From an uncultured Candidatus Actinomarina sp. (GTDB lineage Bacteria; Actinomycetota; Acidimicrobiia; Actinomarinales; Actinomarinaceae): a DNA stretch of 64,000 bases. The DNA lies in assembly GCA_902628045.1 (NCBI GenBank), contig CACOLU010000002.1:17162-81161 (forward strand), given 5' to 3'. A program made the translations under genes and the position numbers. Positions 11,373 to 21,000 of this stretch are shown here, one piece after another (the stretch's first letter is position 1; the number at the start of each line of letters is the position of its first letter). The notes below the pieces were generated by a model that saw nothing but the letters and a program-made list of their open reading frames with translations, had not been told where the DNA came from and searched no databases.

Positions 11373-11456
11373 GCGCGGGTGGCGGAACTGGTAGACGCGC
11401 AGGATTAAGGATCCTGTGGGGTAAAACCCGTGGAGGTTCGAGTCCTCTTCCGCGCA
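11373..11456 (+). tRNA. tRNA-Leu, anticodon AAG (class II, long variable arm, no encoded CCA)
   Basis: Hand fold gives acceptor GCGCGGG/TCCGCGC, D region GGCGGAACTGGTAGACGCG, and anticodon stem CAGGA/TCCTG with loop TTAAGGA (anticodon at 11407-11409). The variable arm is GGGT-AAA-ACCC, the T arm is GGAGG-TTCGAGT-CCTCT, and the discriminator is A. It aligns base for base with E. coli tRNA-Leu(CAG) except at position 34. Confidence 0.85.
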
Positions 11457-11462
11457 CAAACA

Positions 11463-12119
11463 ATGAATAACAAAACAATAGCAATTATTAATGATTCAGA
11501 AGTTACAACTGGATCACTTCCAAATGACATAATTTCAAAAAAAGCATGGGACGTGGATTGGGACGATCTGTCTTTGCATGATAATTATATAATTTTAGGT
11601 GGACATATGGGTTCGTATGATGATAAAAAGTTCACTTACCTCAAAGAGGAAAAAATATGGTTAAAAAATGCTATTAATGCAAATGCAAAAATTTTAGGGA
11701 TATGTTTAGGTTCTCAATTAATTGCTGACGCAATGGGTGGGGCTGCATTTTTATCAAAAGAAATTGAGTTTGGATTTAAAAATTTAGAATTTTTGATAGA
11801 GGATTCATTATTTGATGATTTTAAATATACTAAAGTATTTTCTTGGCATAGAGATACATTTAATATTCCTCCAGGAGCAAATCTGATTGCTAAGACTGAA
11901 TATCCGCAAATCTATAGTATAAAAAATTCTTTGGCACTGCAGTTTCATCCGGAGATAAAGCAAGATCTTTTTGAAAAATGGTATGACAGTGACTTGTCCC
12001 GCCAAGAACTAGAAAATTATAACGTACAATCTGAATTAAATTATTTGAAAGAAAACTCTGATCAACTTGAAGAATCCATGTATAACTTTTATAACAAATG
12101 GATTGCGCTTAAGTATTAA
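11463..12119 (+). CDS. class I glutamine amidotransferase-like protein
   Basis: Nucleophile elbow ILGICLGSQLIA and QFHPE. The ORF-track start at 11430 lies inside the tRNA, so the CDS was trimmed to ATG 11463 (MNNKTIAII). Confidence 0.7.
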   Translation: MNNKTIAIINDSEVTTGSLPNDIISKKAWDVDWDDLSLHDNYIILGGHMGSYDDKKFTYLKEEKIWLKNAINANAKILGICLGSQLIADAMGGAAFLSKEIEFGFKNLEFLIEDSLFDDFKYTKVFSWHRDTFNIPPGANLIAKTEYPQIYSIKNSLALQFHPEIKQDLFEKWYDSDLSRQELENYNVQSELNYLKENSDQLEESMYNFYNKWIALKY

Positions 12120-12681
12120 GAATAGAATCTACATAATTGAGTAATATTTCGTATCTTTTAAAATTATCATTTTGGTTTAGTATATAGTTTTTAGTTTCAA
12201 GGTCCATTGGTGTATAAATACATAATTCCCAAAGTTTATTTATCCTATTATCACTATCTATTACAAATTTAGGAATAGTTGTATTCAGTCCTTGTTCGAT
12301 AAGTTTTGCTGTCATTTTTTTAATTTTTTTTTCTAATATCTCAAGTTCATTAACATCAGGTGGTAAGCCAACATCGTTATGTTCACTGACAGTGCATAAA
12401 GGATATTCCTGATCGATGCTAATTGATTTTACTTTGTAAAGATTCTTACATTCAATTATGATAAGCTGTTCAGCGTTAGATATATCCTGATGTTCTAAAA
12501 TTTCTACTTCAGATACAATCTGGCCAAACTCTTCTATATTTCTTCCAACTAAAAAGTTTTTTGATTTAATTATTGAATCACCAATAAGTAATAAATATCT
12601 TGGTTCAAAAACTCTTAACGCTGAAATTTCACCAGGGAAATAATTTATACCAGCAGCAAAAAATGGAAATTCAACTAACAT
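12109..12681 (-). CDS. LON peptidase N-terminal (substrate-binding) domain protein
   Basis: 190 aa. The N-terminus FPFF..YFPGEISALRVFEPRYLLLI matches the Lon N-domain signature (LFPG..L.IFEPRY). There is no ATPase or protease part. Confidence 0.7.
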   Translation of the reverse strand: MLVEFPFFAAGINYFPGEISALRVFEPRYLLLIGDSIIKSKNFLVGRNIEEFGQIVSEVEILEHQDISNAEQLIIIECKNLYKVKSISIDQEYPLCTVSEHNDVGLPPDVNELEILEKKIKKMTAKLIEQGLNTTIPKFVIDSDNRINKLWELCIYTPMDLETKNYILNQNDNFKRYEILLNYVDSILNT

Positions 12682-12717
12682 TTATCTGTTAAATAGCATA
12701 AAATACTTTTGTAAATA

Positions 12718-13764
12718 ATGAGAATTGAAGACGAAATAAAATTAACATTCGATGATGTTTTAATCAGACCTAAAAGAAGCACATTAGTATCAAGATCTGA
12801 AGTACATCTTGATAGGGATTTGAAGTTTAGGCATACGTCTTTAACATGGGCGGGTGTACCTATAGTTTCTGCAAATATGGATACTACTGGAACTTTTGAA
12901 ACTGCCATATCTTTACAGCAACATAAAATGATCACTGCAGTACATAAGTATTACTCCATTGAGGATTGGAAATTAACAATAGACAAATTAGATCCAAACT
13001 ATATTGCTGTAACAGTGGGCCAATCTGATGAAGATATGCAACTAGCTAAAAATATTTTTGAATTAAATGATGAAATAAAATTCTTATGCATAGACGTTGC
13101 TAATGGGTATAGAGAAGATTTTATAAATGCTGTAAAAAGGTACAGGGATACTTTTAAGGAAAAAATAATTATTGCTGGTAATGTTGCAACAAGAGAAATG
13201 ACGGAAGCTTTAATTCTTGCTGGAGCTGACATTGTAAAGATTGGTATCGGCCCGGGTTCAGTTTGTACAACTAGAAGTGTTGCTGGGGTTGGATATCCAC
13301 AACTTTCCTCTATCTCTGAATGCTCAGATGCTGCACACGGTCTAGGTGGTCATGTTATGGCTGATGGAGGGTGTAAATATCCAGGAGATGTTTCAAAAGC
13401 TTTTGGTGCTGGAGCAGACTTTGTCATGTTAGGTGGAATGTTTGCTGGGCATGAAGAATCTGGTGGAGAATTGGTTGAAGATGAAAATGGTGTCAAGTAT
13501 AAAGATTTCTATGGAATGTCTTCTACAAAAGCTCAACAAACTTATTATGGTGATTTAGCAGAACATAGAGCACCAGAAGGAAAAAAAGTTAGATTAAAAT
13601 TTAAAGGCCCTCTTGATAACACCGTACAGGCAATTCTTGGAGGCGTTCGATCAGCATGCTCCTATGTAGGTGCAAAGACCCTTAAAGACCTTCCGAAATG
13701 CACTACTTTTATTAGAGTTACTCAAACTACTAATGAAGTTTTTACAACATTTGAAAATAATTGA
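12718..13764 (+). CDS. guaC: GMP reductase
   Basis: MRIEDEIKLTFDDVLIRPKRSTLVSRSEV... is nearly collinear with E. coli GuaC. Also contains ANMDTTGTF and GIGPGSVCTTR. Confidence 0.93.
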   Translation: MRIEDEIKLTFDDVLIRPKRSTLVSRSEVHLDRDLKFRHTSLTWAGVPIVSANMDTTGTFETAISLQQHKMITAVHKYYSIEDWKLTIDKLDPNYIAVTVGQSDEDMQLAKNIFELNDEIKFLCIDVANGYREDFINAVKRYRDTFKEKIIIAGNVATREMTEALILAGADIVKIGIGPGSVCTTRSVAGVGYPQLSSISECSDAAHGLGGHVMADGGCKYPGDVSKAFGAGADFVMLGGMFAGHEESGGELVEDENGVKYKDFYGMSSTKAQQTYYGDLAEHRAPEGKKVRLKFKGPLDNTVQAILGGVRSACSYVGAKTLKDLPKCTTFIRVTQTTNEVFTTFENN

Positions 13765-13988
13765 AAGTAGAAATTTACACTAAAGATCAATGTATTTGGT
13801 GCGATAGAGCAAAGGGATTATTAAATGCCCACTCAATTGATTTTGAAGAATTTGATCTCTCTAATGATGATGAAAGAATTAAATTTTATGAAAACCTAGG
13901 AGATAACGTTAAAACTGTTCCACAAGTCTTTATAGATGATAAAAGAATTGGTGGTTATCATGACTTGAGAGAGTGGTTAAATGGCTAA
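13761..13988 (+). CDS. glutaredoxin
   Basis: 75 aa, collinear with E. coli Grx3 (VEIYTK..C..C.RAK.LL, TVPQVFIDDKRIGGYHDL). The active site reads CIWC instead of CPYC. The TTG start overlaps the guaC stop. Confidence 0.8.
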   Translation: MKVEIYTKDQCIWCDRAKGLLNAHSIDFEEFDLSNDDERIKFYENLGDNVKTVPQVFIDDKRIGGYHDLREWLNG

Positions 13989-14880
13989 ACAAGACTCATC
14001 AAAAACTGTTTTTTTAGCTCTTTCTGTAAATTTTTTTATAGGGCTTATAAAATCCTTCGTAGCATTCATTACGAACTCAAGTGCTATGTTTTCAGAAGCT
14101 GTACATTCATTTGTTGATTCTTTCAATCAATTTTTACTTTGGTTTGGTATCAAGCAAACTAAAAAAAGTAATCCTAAACTTTATCCACTTGGAAGAGGAC
14201 GTGAAGAGTATTTTTGGACTCTAGTTGTAGCCGTATTAATTTTCACAGTCGGTGGCTTAGTTTCACTTGAACATGGTATAGAAGCTTTGAGCCATCCAAA
14301 AGAGTTGGATAATCTTTATATATCAATATCAATTCTTTCAATATCTATCCTTCTAGAAACTTATGTGTTAATTAAAGCTGTTAAAAAACTTAGAGGAAAT
14401 AAGGAGAAAAAATCAATTTTAAGATTACTTAAAGAGTCAAATGATGGACCACTAATTGCAATAGTTGTTGAGGATTTTGCTGCTACATTAGGGTTGATTT
14501 TCGCTCTAATTGGTACATTGCTAACTTACTTTACAAATAATTCAATTTATGATGCTTTAAGCTCAATTTCCATTGGAATACTCTTAATGGTATCAGGTAT
14601 ATTTTTAGGTTACGAAATGAAACACTTGATAACAGGAGAAACCGTAAACATAGATGTGTATAAAATTGTCGAGAATGCCTTATCGAATAAAGAAGGAGTC
14701 AAAGACGTAAAAAGTATTAAAATAATATCAATAGGTACAGAAAAATACCTCGGAATTGTAAAAGTAGATTACCTTGATTCATTCACAGATTTAGAAATTA
14801 TAAATTTAAATAAAACAATTGAAGACAGTATAAAAACAATTGATTCTAGGTTTTTACACTTATACCTAATTCCTGCTTAA
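13981..14880 (+). CDS. cation diffusion facilitator family transporter
   Basis: 299 aa with about 6 TM helices, an H-x3-D site (HSFVDSFNQ) in TM2, and a cytoplasmic C-terminal domain. Confidence 0.8.
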   Translation: MAKQDSSKTVFLALSVNFFIGLIKSFVAFITNSSAMFSEAVHSFVDSFNQFLLWFGIKQTKKSNPKLYPLGRGREEYFWTLVVAVLIFTVGGLVSLEHGIEALSHPKELDNLYISISILSISILLETYVLIKAVKKLRGNKEKKSILRLLKESNDGPLIAIVVEDFAATLGLIFALIGTLLTYFTNNSIYDALSSISIGILLMVSGIFLGYEMKHLITGETVNIDVYKIVENALSNKEGVKDVKSIKIISIGTEKYLGIVKVDYLDSFTDLEIINLNKTIEDSIKTIDSRFLHLYLIPA

Positions 14881-14888
14881 ATAAAATC

Positions 14889-15260
14889 ATGGTAATAGAA
14901 AAAAATCATCTATCAGATGAACAAATAGAAATAACACAAAATTGTGGTACAGAGCCGCCTTTTTCAGGTGAGCTTTTAAATGAAAAAAGAAAAGGTACAT
15001 ATATATGTGTTGTATGCAAAGATGTATTATTTGATTCAGAAACAAAATATGATTCTAATTCTGGTTGGCCAAGTTTTTTTGATTCTATCGGTAATAATGT
15101 AAAAAGAAAAAAAGATTTTTCTCACGGGATGATTAGAACAGAAATTAATTGTAAAGCTTGTGATTCTCATCTTGGACATGTATTTAATGATGGACCATTA
15201 CCTACCGGGGAAAGATATTGTGTTAATTCATTGAGTATGGAATTTGTATCTAATGAGTGA
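14889..15260 (+). CDS. msrB: peptide-methionine (R)-S-oxide reductase
   Basis: Contains [10 protein letters not shown], two CxxC pairs (CVVC, CKAC), GHVFNDGP and catalytic RYCVNS. Confidence 0.93.
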   Translation: MVIEKNHLSDEQIEITQNCGTEPPFSGELLNEKRKGTYICVVCKDVLFDSETKYDSNSGWPSFFDSIGNNVKRKKDFSHGMIRTEINCKACDSHLGHVFNDGPLPTGERYCVNSLSMEFVSNE

Positions 15261-15552
15261 AATATACATAGATAGCGATTGCAAAGTATGTTCAGCATAT
15301 GGAGATTGGATAAATAAAAAAAATAATGAGTTGTTGTTAAATGATCAAAAAAATCTTTCAGAAAATGAAATTTTGCTTGATACTTTAGTGTTTAAAAATG
15401 AAGAAAAAGTTTACTATTTTTCAGATGCAGTAATAAAGTCATTCGCGTCACTTGGTGGCATTTACAAATCAATTTATATTTTAAAATTATTTCCAAAACG
15501 CATAAGAGATTTACTTTATAGAATATTTGCTAAAAATAGACATTTAATTTGA
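15244..15552 (+). CDS. DCC1-like thiol-disulfide oxidoreductase (DUF393 family)
   Basis: Has an N-terminal D-x-C-x2-C ([10 protein letters not shown]) and a C-terminal [13 protein letters not shown] typical of the family. The start could be Met at 15253. Confidence 0.6.
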   Translation: MYLMSEIYIDSDCKVCSAYGDWINKKNNELLLNDQKNLSENEILLDTLVFKNEEKVYYFSDAVIKSFASLGGIYKSIYILKLFPKRIRDLLYRIFAKNRHLI

Positions 15553-15767
15553 AAATATTAAAAAAAATTAGAAACAGTAATCTTTTTAGGTCATTTATTA
15601 TTTTTTCAATTTTTCGATTTTTTTACGGATTTATAGTTTTATTTATTTCATATTTTTTTACAACAGAGTATGAAGATGGTATATACTATACGATTCTTTT
15701 CTTATTAATTAGTGTTGTATTTTCTAGAATTATCTTTAAAAAGATGAAAGTAAAATTTAATCTCTAA
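15549..15767 (+). CDS. hypothetical small membrane protein
   Basis: 72 aa with two predicted TM helices. TTG start overlaps the upstream stop. No recognisable motif. Confidence 0.4.
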   Translation: MKILKKIRNSNLFRSFIIFSIFRFFYGFIVLFISYFFTTEYEDGIYYTILFLLISVVFSRIIFKKMKVKFNL

Positions 15768-16239
15768 AATTACCGTAATTTAATGGAATCTCAATCTTTG
15801 AATCTTTAATAAGTTGAATAACTTGTTGTAAATCATCTCTTTTTTTTCCTGTAACTCTTATTTGCTGATTTTGGTAAGAACATTGAATTTTTTTATTATT
15901 TTCTTTAATTAATGCGATTATTTTTTTTGATGAATCCTGATCAATTCCTGATTTTAAATTAAAGAATCTTTTGGTTTCCGACGGTGTTGTTTCGTCCTTA
16001 AAATCTCCCAAAAACTTTATAGATACATTTCTTTTTGCAAACTTTTCTTTCAAAACCTGCTCTGCTGCTGCCATTCTTTCAGGTGTGCTACTTTTTAATG
16101 TAATTGTCTTTTCGTTATATGAAATTAAAGTTGCTGTATCTCTAAAATCATACCTATTTGATATTTCCCTGCCTGCTTGATCAACTGCGTTTACAACTTC
16201 TTGTTGATTGTATTCAGAGGTAATATCAAATGTTGGCAT
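15757..16239 (-). CDS. yajQ: YajQ family nucleotide (cyclic di-GMP)-binding protein
   Basis: MPTFDITSE..QEVVNAVDQAGREISNRYDFRD is collinear with E. coli YajQ (MPSFDIVSE...RFDFR). 160 aa. Confidence 0.9.
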   Translation of the reverse strand: MPTFDITSEYNQQEVVNAVDQAGREISNRYDFRDTATLISYNEKTITLKSSTPERMAAAEQVLKEKFAKRNVSIKFLGDFKDETTPSETKRFFNLKSGIDQDSSKKIIALIKENNKKIQCSYQNQQIRVTGKKRDDLQQVIQLIKDSKIEIPLNYGNFRD

Positions 16240-16248
16240 AATTAAATT

Positions 16249-16617
16249 TTAACTATTAATAAATCTATTTGCTATGTATATACCTAATAACGCCATAGCA
16301 ATAGAAATTAGTACAGATGAAAGTATGTAAATTATCGAATACAAATTATCATTATTTTGTAATGTCACAACATCATAAGAAAATTGTGAAAATGTAGTGA
16401 ATCCTCCAAGTAAGCCAGTTAAAAGAAATAAGTTAAAATATTCACTTTTGTTTTCTCCAATAGAAACTAGGATTCCAAATGCAAAAGAACCAAATACGTT
16501 TACAAACAGAGTTCCTAATTGACCAAATAGAAATAAATTTAAGATTGAATTTGATCCATATCTTAATACTGAACCTATACCCCCTCCAATAAAGACGAAT
16601 AATAATTTACTGAACAC
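16249..16617 (-). CDS. crcB: fluoride ion channel CrcB/FluC
   Basis: 122 aa with 4 TM helices. Contains GGGIGSVLRY, TLFVNVFGSF and GGFTTFS. Confidence 0.88.
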   Translation of the reverse strand: MFSKLLFVFIGGGIGSVLRYGSNSILNLFLFGQLGTLFVNVFGSFAFGILVSIGENKSEYFNLFLLTGLLGGFTTFSQFSYDVVTLQNNDNLYSIIYILSSVLISIAMALLGIYIANRFINS

Positions 16618-17050
16618 TTGCTTGCCTTAAAGATTCAAAAACTACTATTCCAACTGAATTTGCAAGATTTATACTGCGAGATTTCTCTTTCATAGGTATA
16701 GTAATTGTTTTATAACTTGAAATAATTTCATTTGGCAATCCAATTGATTCAGGACCAAACAACAAGAAATCATATTGATTTAGATTTGTATCCCAATATG
16801 AATCTTTACCTTTTGAAGACAAACAGCATATGTTTTTGTTACGATTTGTTTTTGTAAATTCTTCCCAAGAGTTATAAGTTTTAGTATTCGATAAATCATG
16901 ATAATCCAAACCAGCCCTTCTTATTTTATTTTCTTGAAGATCAAAACCAAATGGTTTAATAAGATTCAAAGATACGCCAGAGTTAGCCGCAAGCCTAATT
17001 ATGGCACCTACATTTCCAGCTATTTCAGGTTGATATAAGACTATTTCCAC
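16607..17050 (-). CDS. trmL: tRNA (cytidine/uridine(34)-2'-O)-methyltransferase TrmL (SpoU family)
   Basis: IVLYQPEIAGNVGAIIRLAANSG...RRAGLDYHD is collinear with E. coli TrmL. 147 aa. Confidence 0.85.
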   Translation of the reverse strand: MEIVLYQPEIAGNVGAIIRLAANSGVSLNLIKPFGFDLQENKIRRAGLDYHDLSNTKTYNSWEEFTKTNRNKNICCLSSKGKDSYWDTNLNQYDFLLFGPESIGLPNEIISSYKTITIPMKEKSRSINLANSVGIVVFESLRQASVQ

Positions 17051-17099
17051 TATCTAATTATATTGTTTTAAACACTCTTGATGTAGGTATTATATTTAT

Positions 17100-18662
17100 G
17101 TGAAACAAATAATAAATTTATTTTTACCAAATTTTAAAAGTATGCGCTCAGTCTTTACTGAAGTTGCAAATACTTCAATATCTAGAGAACGATTTATTGA
17201 CTTCACTAAATTAGTTGGACTTCTTTTCTTAATAATAAATTCATTTACATTATTAAGGTTACAGGATTCTGGGGGAGAGCTTTTTGTCACAAACCTTTCA
17301 GTTAAATCTCAATCTTTAATGGTAACTACCTGGTTTACTGCAGGTATGTCTTTATTTTTCTTTTCTATAGGTTTTAATAACTTAATAGCTTGGTACTCAA
17401 ATGTTGGTAGGGATGGAAGTCAGTGGAATTATTTAGTTGATAGGATTAATACACTTTTAGGGCCTGTAATTGTTTGGATATTTTCAAGCACAATTGTATT
17501 AAATTTATTAACTAGATCAGAAAATTTTCCGAATTATTTAACAACTTCTGAAGATGGTATTATGCCATCAATTGAATTTATTTTATGGCCTCTATGGTTA
17601 GTTTCAATATATCTTGTAATGGTTCTTTTTGCTCCGTTTACTATTTATATGCACAAAAAGTATCCCTATGCAACTGTCCTCTCTTTAATTACTGTTACAG
17701 TTTTGATTGATAATATTGATTTTTCATTAAGTTTTTCATACTTAAAATTATTTAATTATTTATTTTTTTGGATAGTAATTCATCAAATTGGATATTTTTT
17801 TGCTGATGGAAAAATTCAGAAAGTAAATCTTAATGTTTTCAGATATATTACAGTTTTTACTTACGGTTATTTGTTTTATCAGATGTCTGTTTCTGAATCA
17901 TATTTATCCTTAGCTAGTTATAGACTTACATCTCTTAACAATGAAGACCCTCCAACAACCATGTATCTAATTGCTTCAATAGGTTTGATTTGTTTATTTT
18001 TATCGTTAAAAAATATTATTGAGAATATTTTGGCAAATCAAAAGATATGGCTGCTAATTTCTCACATACATTCAAATATTTACACAATATATTTATGGCA
18101 TATATTTGTATTTTTTACTATTTATCTTTTTGGATTAAAAATGTATTACGCACCATTAATACTTTTAATAACTGCTTTTATTTTTGGAAATTATGAACGT
18201 AATATGTTTAAACTTTCTTCCAATTTAGTTAAAAGAGTAAATCCACTACAACCATGGCCATCACCAATTAAAGCAAGATTTTCAATAAACAATTTTGCTT
18301 TAGCTTGGTTCTCTGCACTTTTAGTATTACTTGGAGTAATACATCTAACATTGGGGGGTATTGGTCAAGATGGATTTTTTACAATTAGAGAATTTTATTT
18401 TTTAAGAAGTAATACTTTTGAGGGTATAGGAAGAATATTTATTGGGTTACTTCTTTTAAATATTACAGTGCGCGGTCTTAAGTATAAAAAAAGAATACTC
18501 GCAGGATCAATTCTGTTTGTTATCTTAACTATGTACACTCGTAATCTAATTAATGAAAACCTTACGTCTTTTGAAATATATTTTTCTTTAATAACTATTG
18601 CTTTGTTTACTTTGATATTGGTTCAAAATAGTAACTATAAACAAAAAACTAAGGTCCAATAA
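17100..18662 (+). CDS. acyltransferase-3 (OafA/YrhL-like) family membrane protein
   Basis: 520 aa with more than 10 TM helices. Has an N-terminal R-F-I-D-F-T-K motif followed by a TM helix, and a late IYTIYLWHIFVF motif like Acyl_transf_3. GTG start. The family assignment is tentative. Confidence 0.5.
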   Translation: MKQIINLFLPNFKSMRSVFTEVANTSISRERFIDFTKLVGLLFLIINSFTLLRLQDSGGELFVTNLSVKSQSLMVTTWFTAGMSLFFFSIGFNNLIAWYSNVGRDGSQWNYLVDRINTLLGPVIVWIFSSTIVLNLLTRSENFPNYLTTSEDGIMPSIEFILWPLWLVSIYLVMVLFAPFTIYMHKKYPYATVLSLITVTVLIDNIDFSLSFSYLKLFNYLFFWIVIHQIGYFFADGKIQKVNLNVFRYITVFTYGYLFYQMSVSESYLSLASYRLTSLNNEDPPTTMYLIASIGLICLFLSLKNIIENILANQKIWLLISHIHSNIYTIYLWHIFVFFTIYLFGLKMYYAPLILLITAFIFGNYERNMFKLSSNLVKRVNPLQPWPSPIKARFSINNFALAWFSALLVLLGVIHLTLGGIGQDGFFTIREFYFLRSNTFEGIGRIFIGLLLLNITVRGLKYKKRILAGSILFVILTMYTRNLINENLTSFEIYFSLITIALFTLILVQNSNYKQKTKVQ

Positions 18663-18664
18663 TT

Positions 18665-19699
18665 GTGAATCTTCCAAAAGGTGAAAGTCGACAAGAGCTT
18701 TTAAATAGGGCATTTTTATATATTCTTGTTATTGCTTTTTCTGTATTAATTTTTTTACGTGTTAAATCATTAATTTTTGACTTATTTGTAGCAATAGTTT
18801 TGTCTGTACTAGCTGAACCGGTAGTTTACAGGCTTTCTAAAAAGATAAACAGACAAGGGGCCGCAATGGTGGCAGTTTTATTAATTCTTTTAGTTATTGG
18901 TGCAACGTTGTTTTCAATAATACCAATAATGGTCCAAGAAATTTATTTTTTGTCCTCTCAGATGCCAACATATTTTGATAATTTTATAAACTATTTAAAC
19001 GTTGAAGGATTTGCAGTTTCAAGTCAGTCTCTAGATTTAGAGAACCAGTTCAATTCACTAATTAAAGATTATGGGAGCACTGTTGGATCAAGTGTTGTTT
19101 TTGCTGGCCAAGGACTGTTAAGAACACTTGGTCATATATTTATTATTTTTTTCTTTACTTATTATTTAATAAGTGAGGGCGATGGTTGGAGAATTAAGTT
19201 AAAAGAATCACTACCTAGTAACATATCCACTTCAATTGACCAAGTATGGAGAATTGGAGTTTCTAAAGCAGGTGGTTTTATTGTTGCGAAAGTAATATTG
19301 GGCGTCTTAGCAAGTATTGTTTTATCAGTTTCATTTTTATTTATAGGCTTGCCATCTCCGATTGCCTTAGGCGTAGCAGCAGGAATTTTGTCTCAATTAA
19401 TACCTGTTGTTGGAACATTTTTAGGTGGTTTAGTGCCGTTCATAGCTTCTATTTCGTTAGGAACTAATGCAATGATAGCTACAGTTGTAGTTCTGCTTGC
19501 CTATCAAATTATTGAGAATTACTTCATAAGCCCAAGAGTTACTAAATCAACCATGGAAATTCATCCTGCGATAGCAGTATTTTCAACACTTTTTGGAGCA
19601 TACACTTTAGGAGGAGTTGGGGCTATATTAGCACTACCAGTAGCCGCAACAGTGCAGGGTGTTATTGGAACCATTTTAATAAACAGAAAAGAAAACTAA
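18665..19699 (+). CDS. AI-2E family transporter (PerM/UPF0118)
   Basis: 344 aa with about 8 TM helices and a conserved C-terminal region (HPAIAVFSTLFGAYTLGGVGAILALPVAA). Confidence 0.85.
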   Translation: MNLPKGESRQELLNRAFLYILVIAFSVLIFLRVKSLIFDLFVAIVLSVLAEPVVYRLSKKINRQGAAMVAVLLILLVIGATLFSIIPIMVQEIYFLSSQMPTYFDNFINYLNVEGFAVSSQSLDLENQFNSLIKDYGSTVGSSVVFAGQGLLRTLGHIFIIFFFTYYLISEGDGWRIKLKESLPSNISTSIDQVWRIGVSKAGGFIVAKVILGVLASIVLSVSFLFIGLPSPIALGVAAGILSQLIPVVGTFLGGLVPFIASISLGTNAMIATVVVLLAYQIIENYFISPRVTKSTMEIHPAIAVFSTLFGAYTLGGVGAILALPVAATVQGVIGTILINRKEN

Positions 19700-19983
19700 T
19701 GTTTAACTTTTCTTCTTCAGCAATAAAAGCACTAGATAGTTTGCTAGAGCGTTTAGAATCTGAAACTTTAGAGCCTATTGAGAAATCAATAAAAGATGCC
19801 AAAAAAAATTTTAAAGCTGGAAATTATTTAGCTATTTCTTCACTTTTATTTTTAACCGGATTAGCTATAGTTCTTTCTCAAATATTTACAGATCAATATT
19901 TCATTCAAGCTCTAATTTATTTTTCTATGGCATTATTATGTATTTTGATATTTACATTGATATCTTGGAGAATAATAAAATGA
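19699..19983 (+). CDS. hypothetical membrane protein
   Basis: 94 aa with a charged N-terminal helix and two TM helices. The ATG shares one base with the upstream TAA. Confidence 0.45.
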   Translation: MFNFSSSAIKALDSLLERLESETLEPIEKSIKDAKKNFKAGNYLAISSLLFLTGLAIVLSQIFTDQYFIQALIYFSMALLCILIFTLISWRIIK

Positions 19984-20135
19984 ACAATTTTTCAGATGAT
20001 TATGAAAACCTTAAAAATCAATTAAATGACGATAAAGGAAAATTAATAGGATATTTGTTTGCAGGGCTAATAATTGGGCGTTTGTACGAAAAATTTAACA
20101 ATACTAAAAAGAAAATTTTCAAAAAATTTAAATGA
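19980..20135 (+). CDS. hypothetical small single-TM protein (51 aa)
   Basis: ATG 19980 overlaps the upstream stop (ATGA). Sequence MNNFSDDYENLKNQLNDDKGKLIGYLFAGLIIGRLYEKF.. has an acidic head, one TM helix and a Lys-rich tail. Confidence 0.35.
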   Translation: MNNFSDDYENLKNQLNDDKGKLIGYLFAGLIIGRLYEKFNNTKKKIFKKFK

Positions 20136-20221
20136 ATAAAAAACTTCAAAAAATTATAGTAATAGTTGTTTCTGTTGGGATGTTATTAACTACAGTTGCT
20201 TCTTTTCTTGCATTTTTATAG
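20132..20221 (+). CDS. hypothetical 29-aa membrane peptide (not in ORF track)
   Basis: My own translation gives MNKKLQKIIVIVVSVGMLLTTVASFLAFL*. ATGA overlap with the preceding ORF. It ends 2 nt before the trmI-like TTG. Confidence 0.3.
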   Translation: MNKKLQKIIVIVVSVGMLLTTVASFLAFL

Positions 20222-20223
20222 AT

Positions 20224-21000
20224 TTGAATTTAGATAATCAATTAGTAATTATAAATACTCCAAAAAATAATAAATTTTTAGCTGTAGTCGATATAGATAA
20301 GGAATTTATTACCAACGAAGGAAAGTTCAAATTTTCACAAATTAAAAATATTCCATCCTTAGTTAAGGTTTCAACAGGAGTAGATTTTAAAATTTACAAA
20401 CCGTCATATAAAGAATTTGTTCTGTTGATGAAAAGAGGTCCTCAAATTATTTACCCTAAAGACGTAGCTCAAATAGTTTTAGAGTCAAATATTCATAATT
20501 CGAGTATGGTTCTTGAAATAGGTTCTGGTTCTGGAGCGTTAACTTTATATTTATATAGTTTATTAAAAAATACTGGTAGGCTGTACAGTCTTGATTCGTC
20601 AAGAATCAATCAAAGAAGAGCGGATAAAACTATTGTAAGGTATCTATCTTTATTGTCTGAAGAAAATAATGCTGTTACTTTTATAAATGAAAAATTAGCC
20701 AATTTCGATTATAAGAAGTTTATTAAAAAAATTGATGCAATAATTACAGATGTTCCAGAGCCATGGGAATTTTTCATAAAGAATAAAATAGAAAATAGTA
20801 TTAACTGGGTATCGTACTTACCTTCTATGACTCAGGTGATGAGAATGAATAATGTGTTAAAAGATAATAAGTTTCAAGATATTGAGATAAAGGAAGTGAT
20901 TCTTAGAGATTGGGTAGTTGATGATAAAGTTGTACGACCCTCAAATAAACTGGTTTCTCACACTGGTTTCTTATTATCTGCTAAGTATATAAAATATTAA
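20224..21000 (+). CDS. trmI: tRNA (adenine(58)-N1)-methyltransferase TrmI-like (Rv2118c family)
   Basis: MKRGPQIIYPKDVAQIV and the SAM motif LEIGSGSGALTLYL match TrmI/GCD14. TTG start. Confidence 0.8.
   Translation: MNLDNQLVIINTPKNNKFLAVVDIDKEFITNEGKFKFSQIKNIPSLVKVSTGVDFKIYKPSYKEFVLLMKRGPQIIYPKDVAQIVLESNIHNSSMVLEIGSGSGALTLYLYSLLKNTGRLYSLDSSRINQRRADKTIVRYLSLLSEENNAVTFINEKLANFDYKKFIKKIDAIITDVPEPWEFFIKNKIENSINWVSYLPSMTQVMRMNNVLKDNKFQDIEIKEVILRDWVVDDKVVRPSNKLVSHTGFLLSAKYIKY

Noticed and set aside
11430-11462. ORF-track start (MEVRVLFRAQT...) for the amidotransferase-like gene.
   Set aside because: These codons lie inside the tRNA-Leu gene. The CDS was trimmed to ATG 11463.
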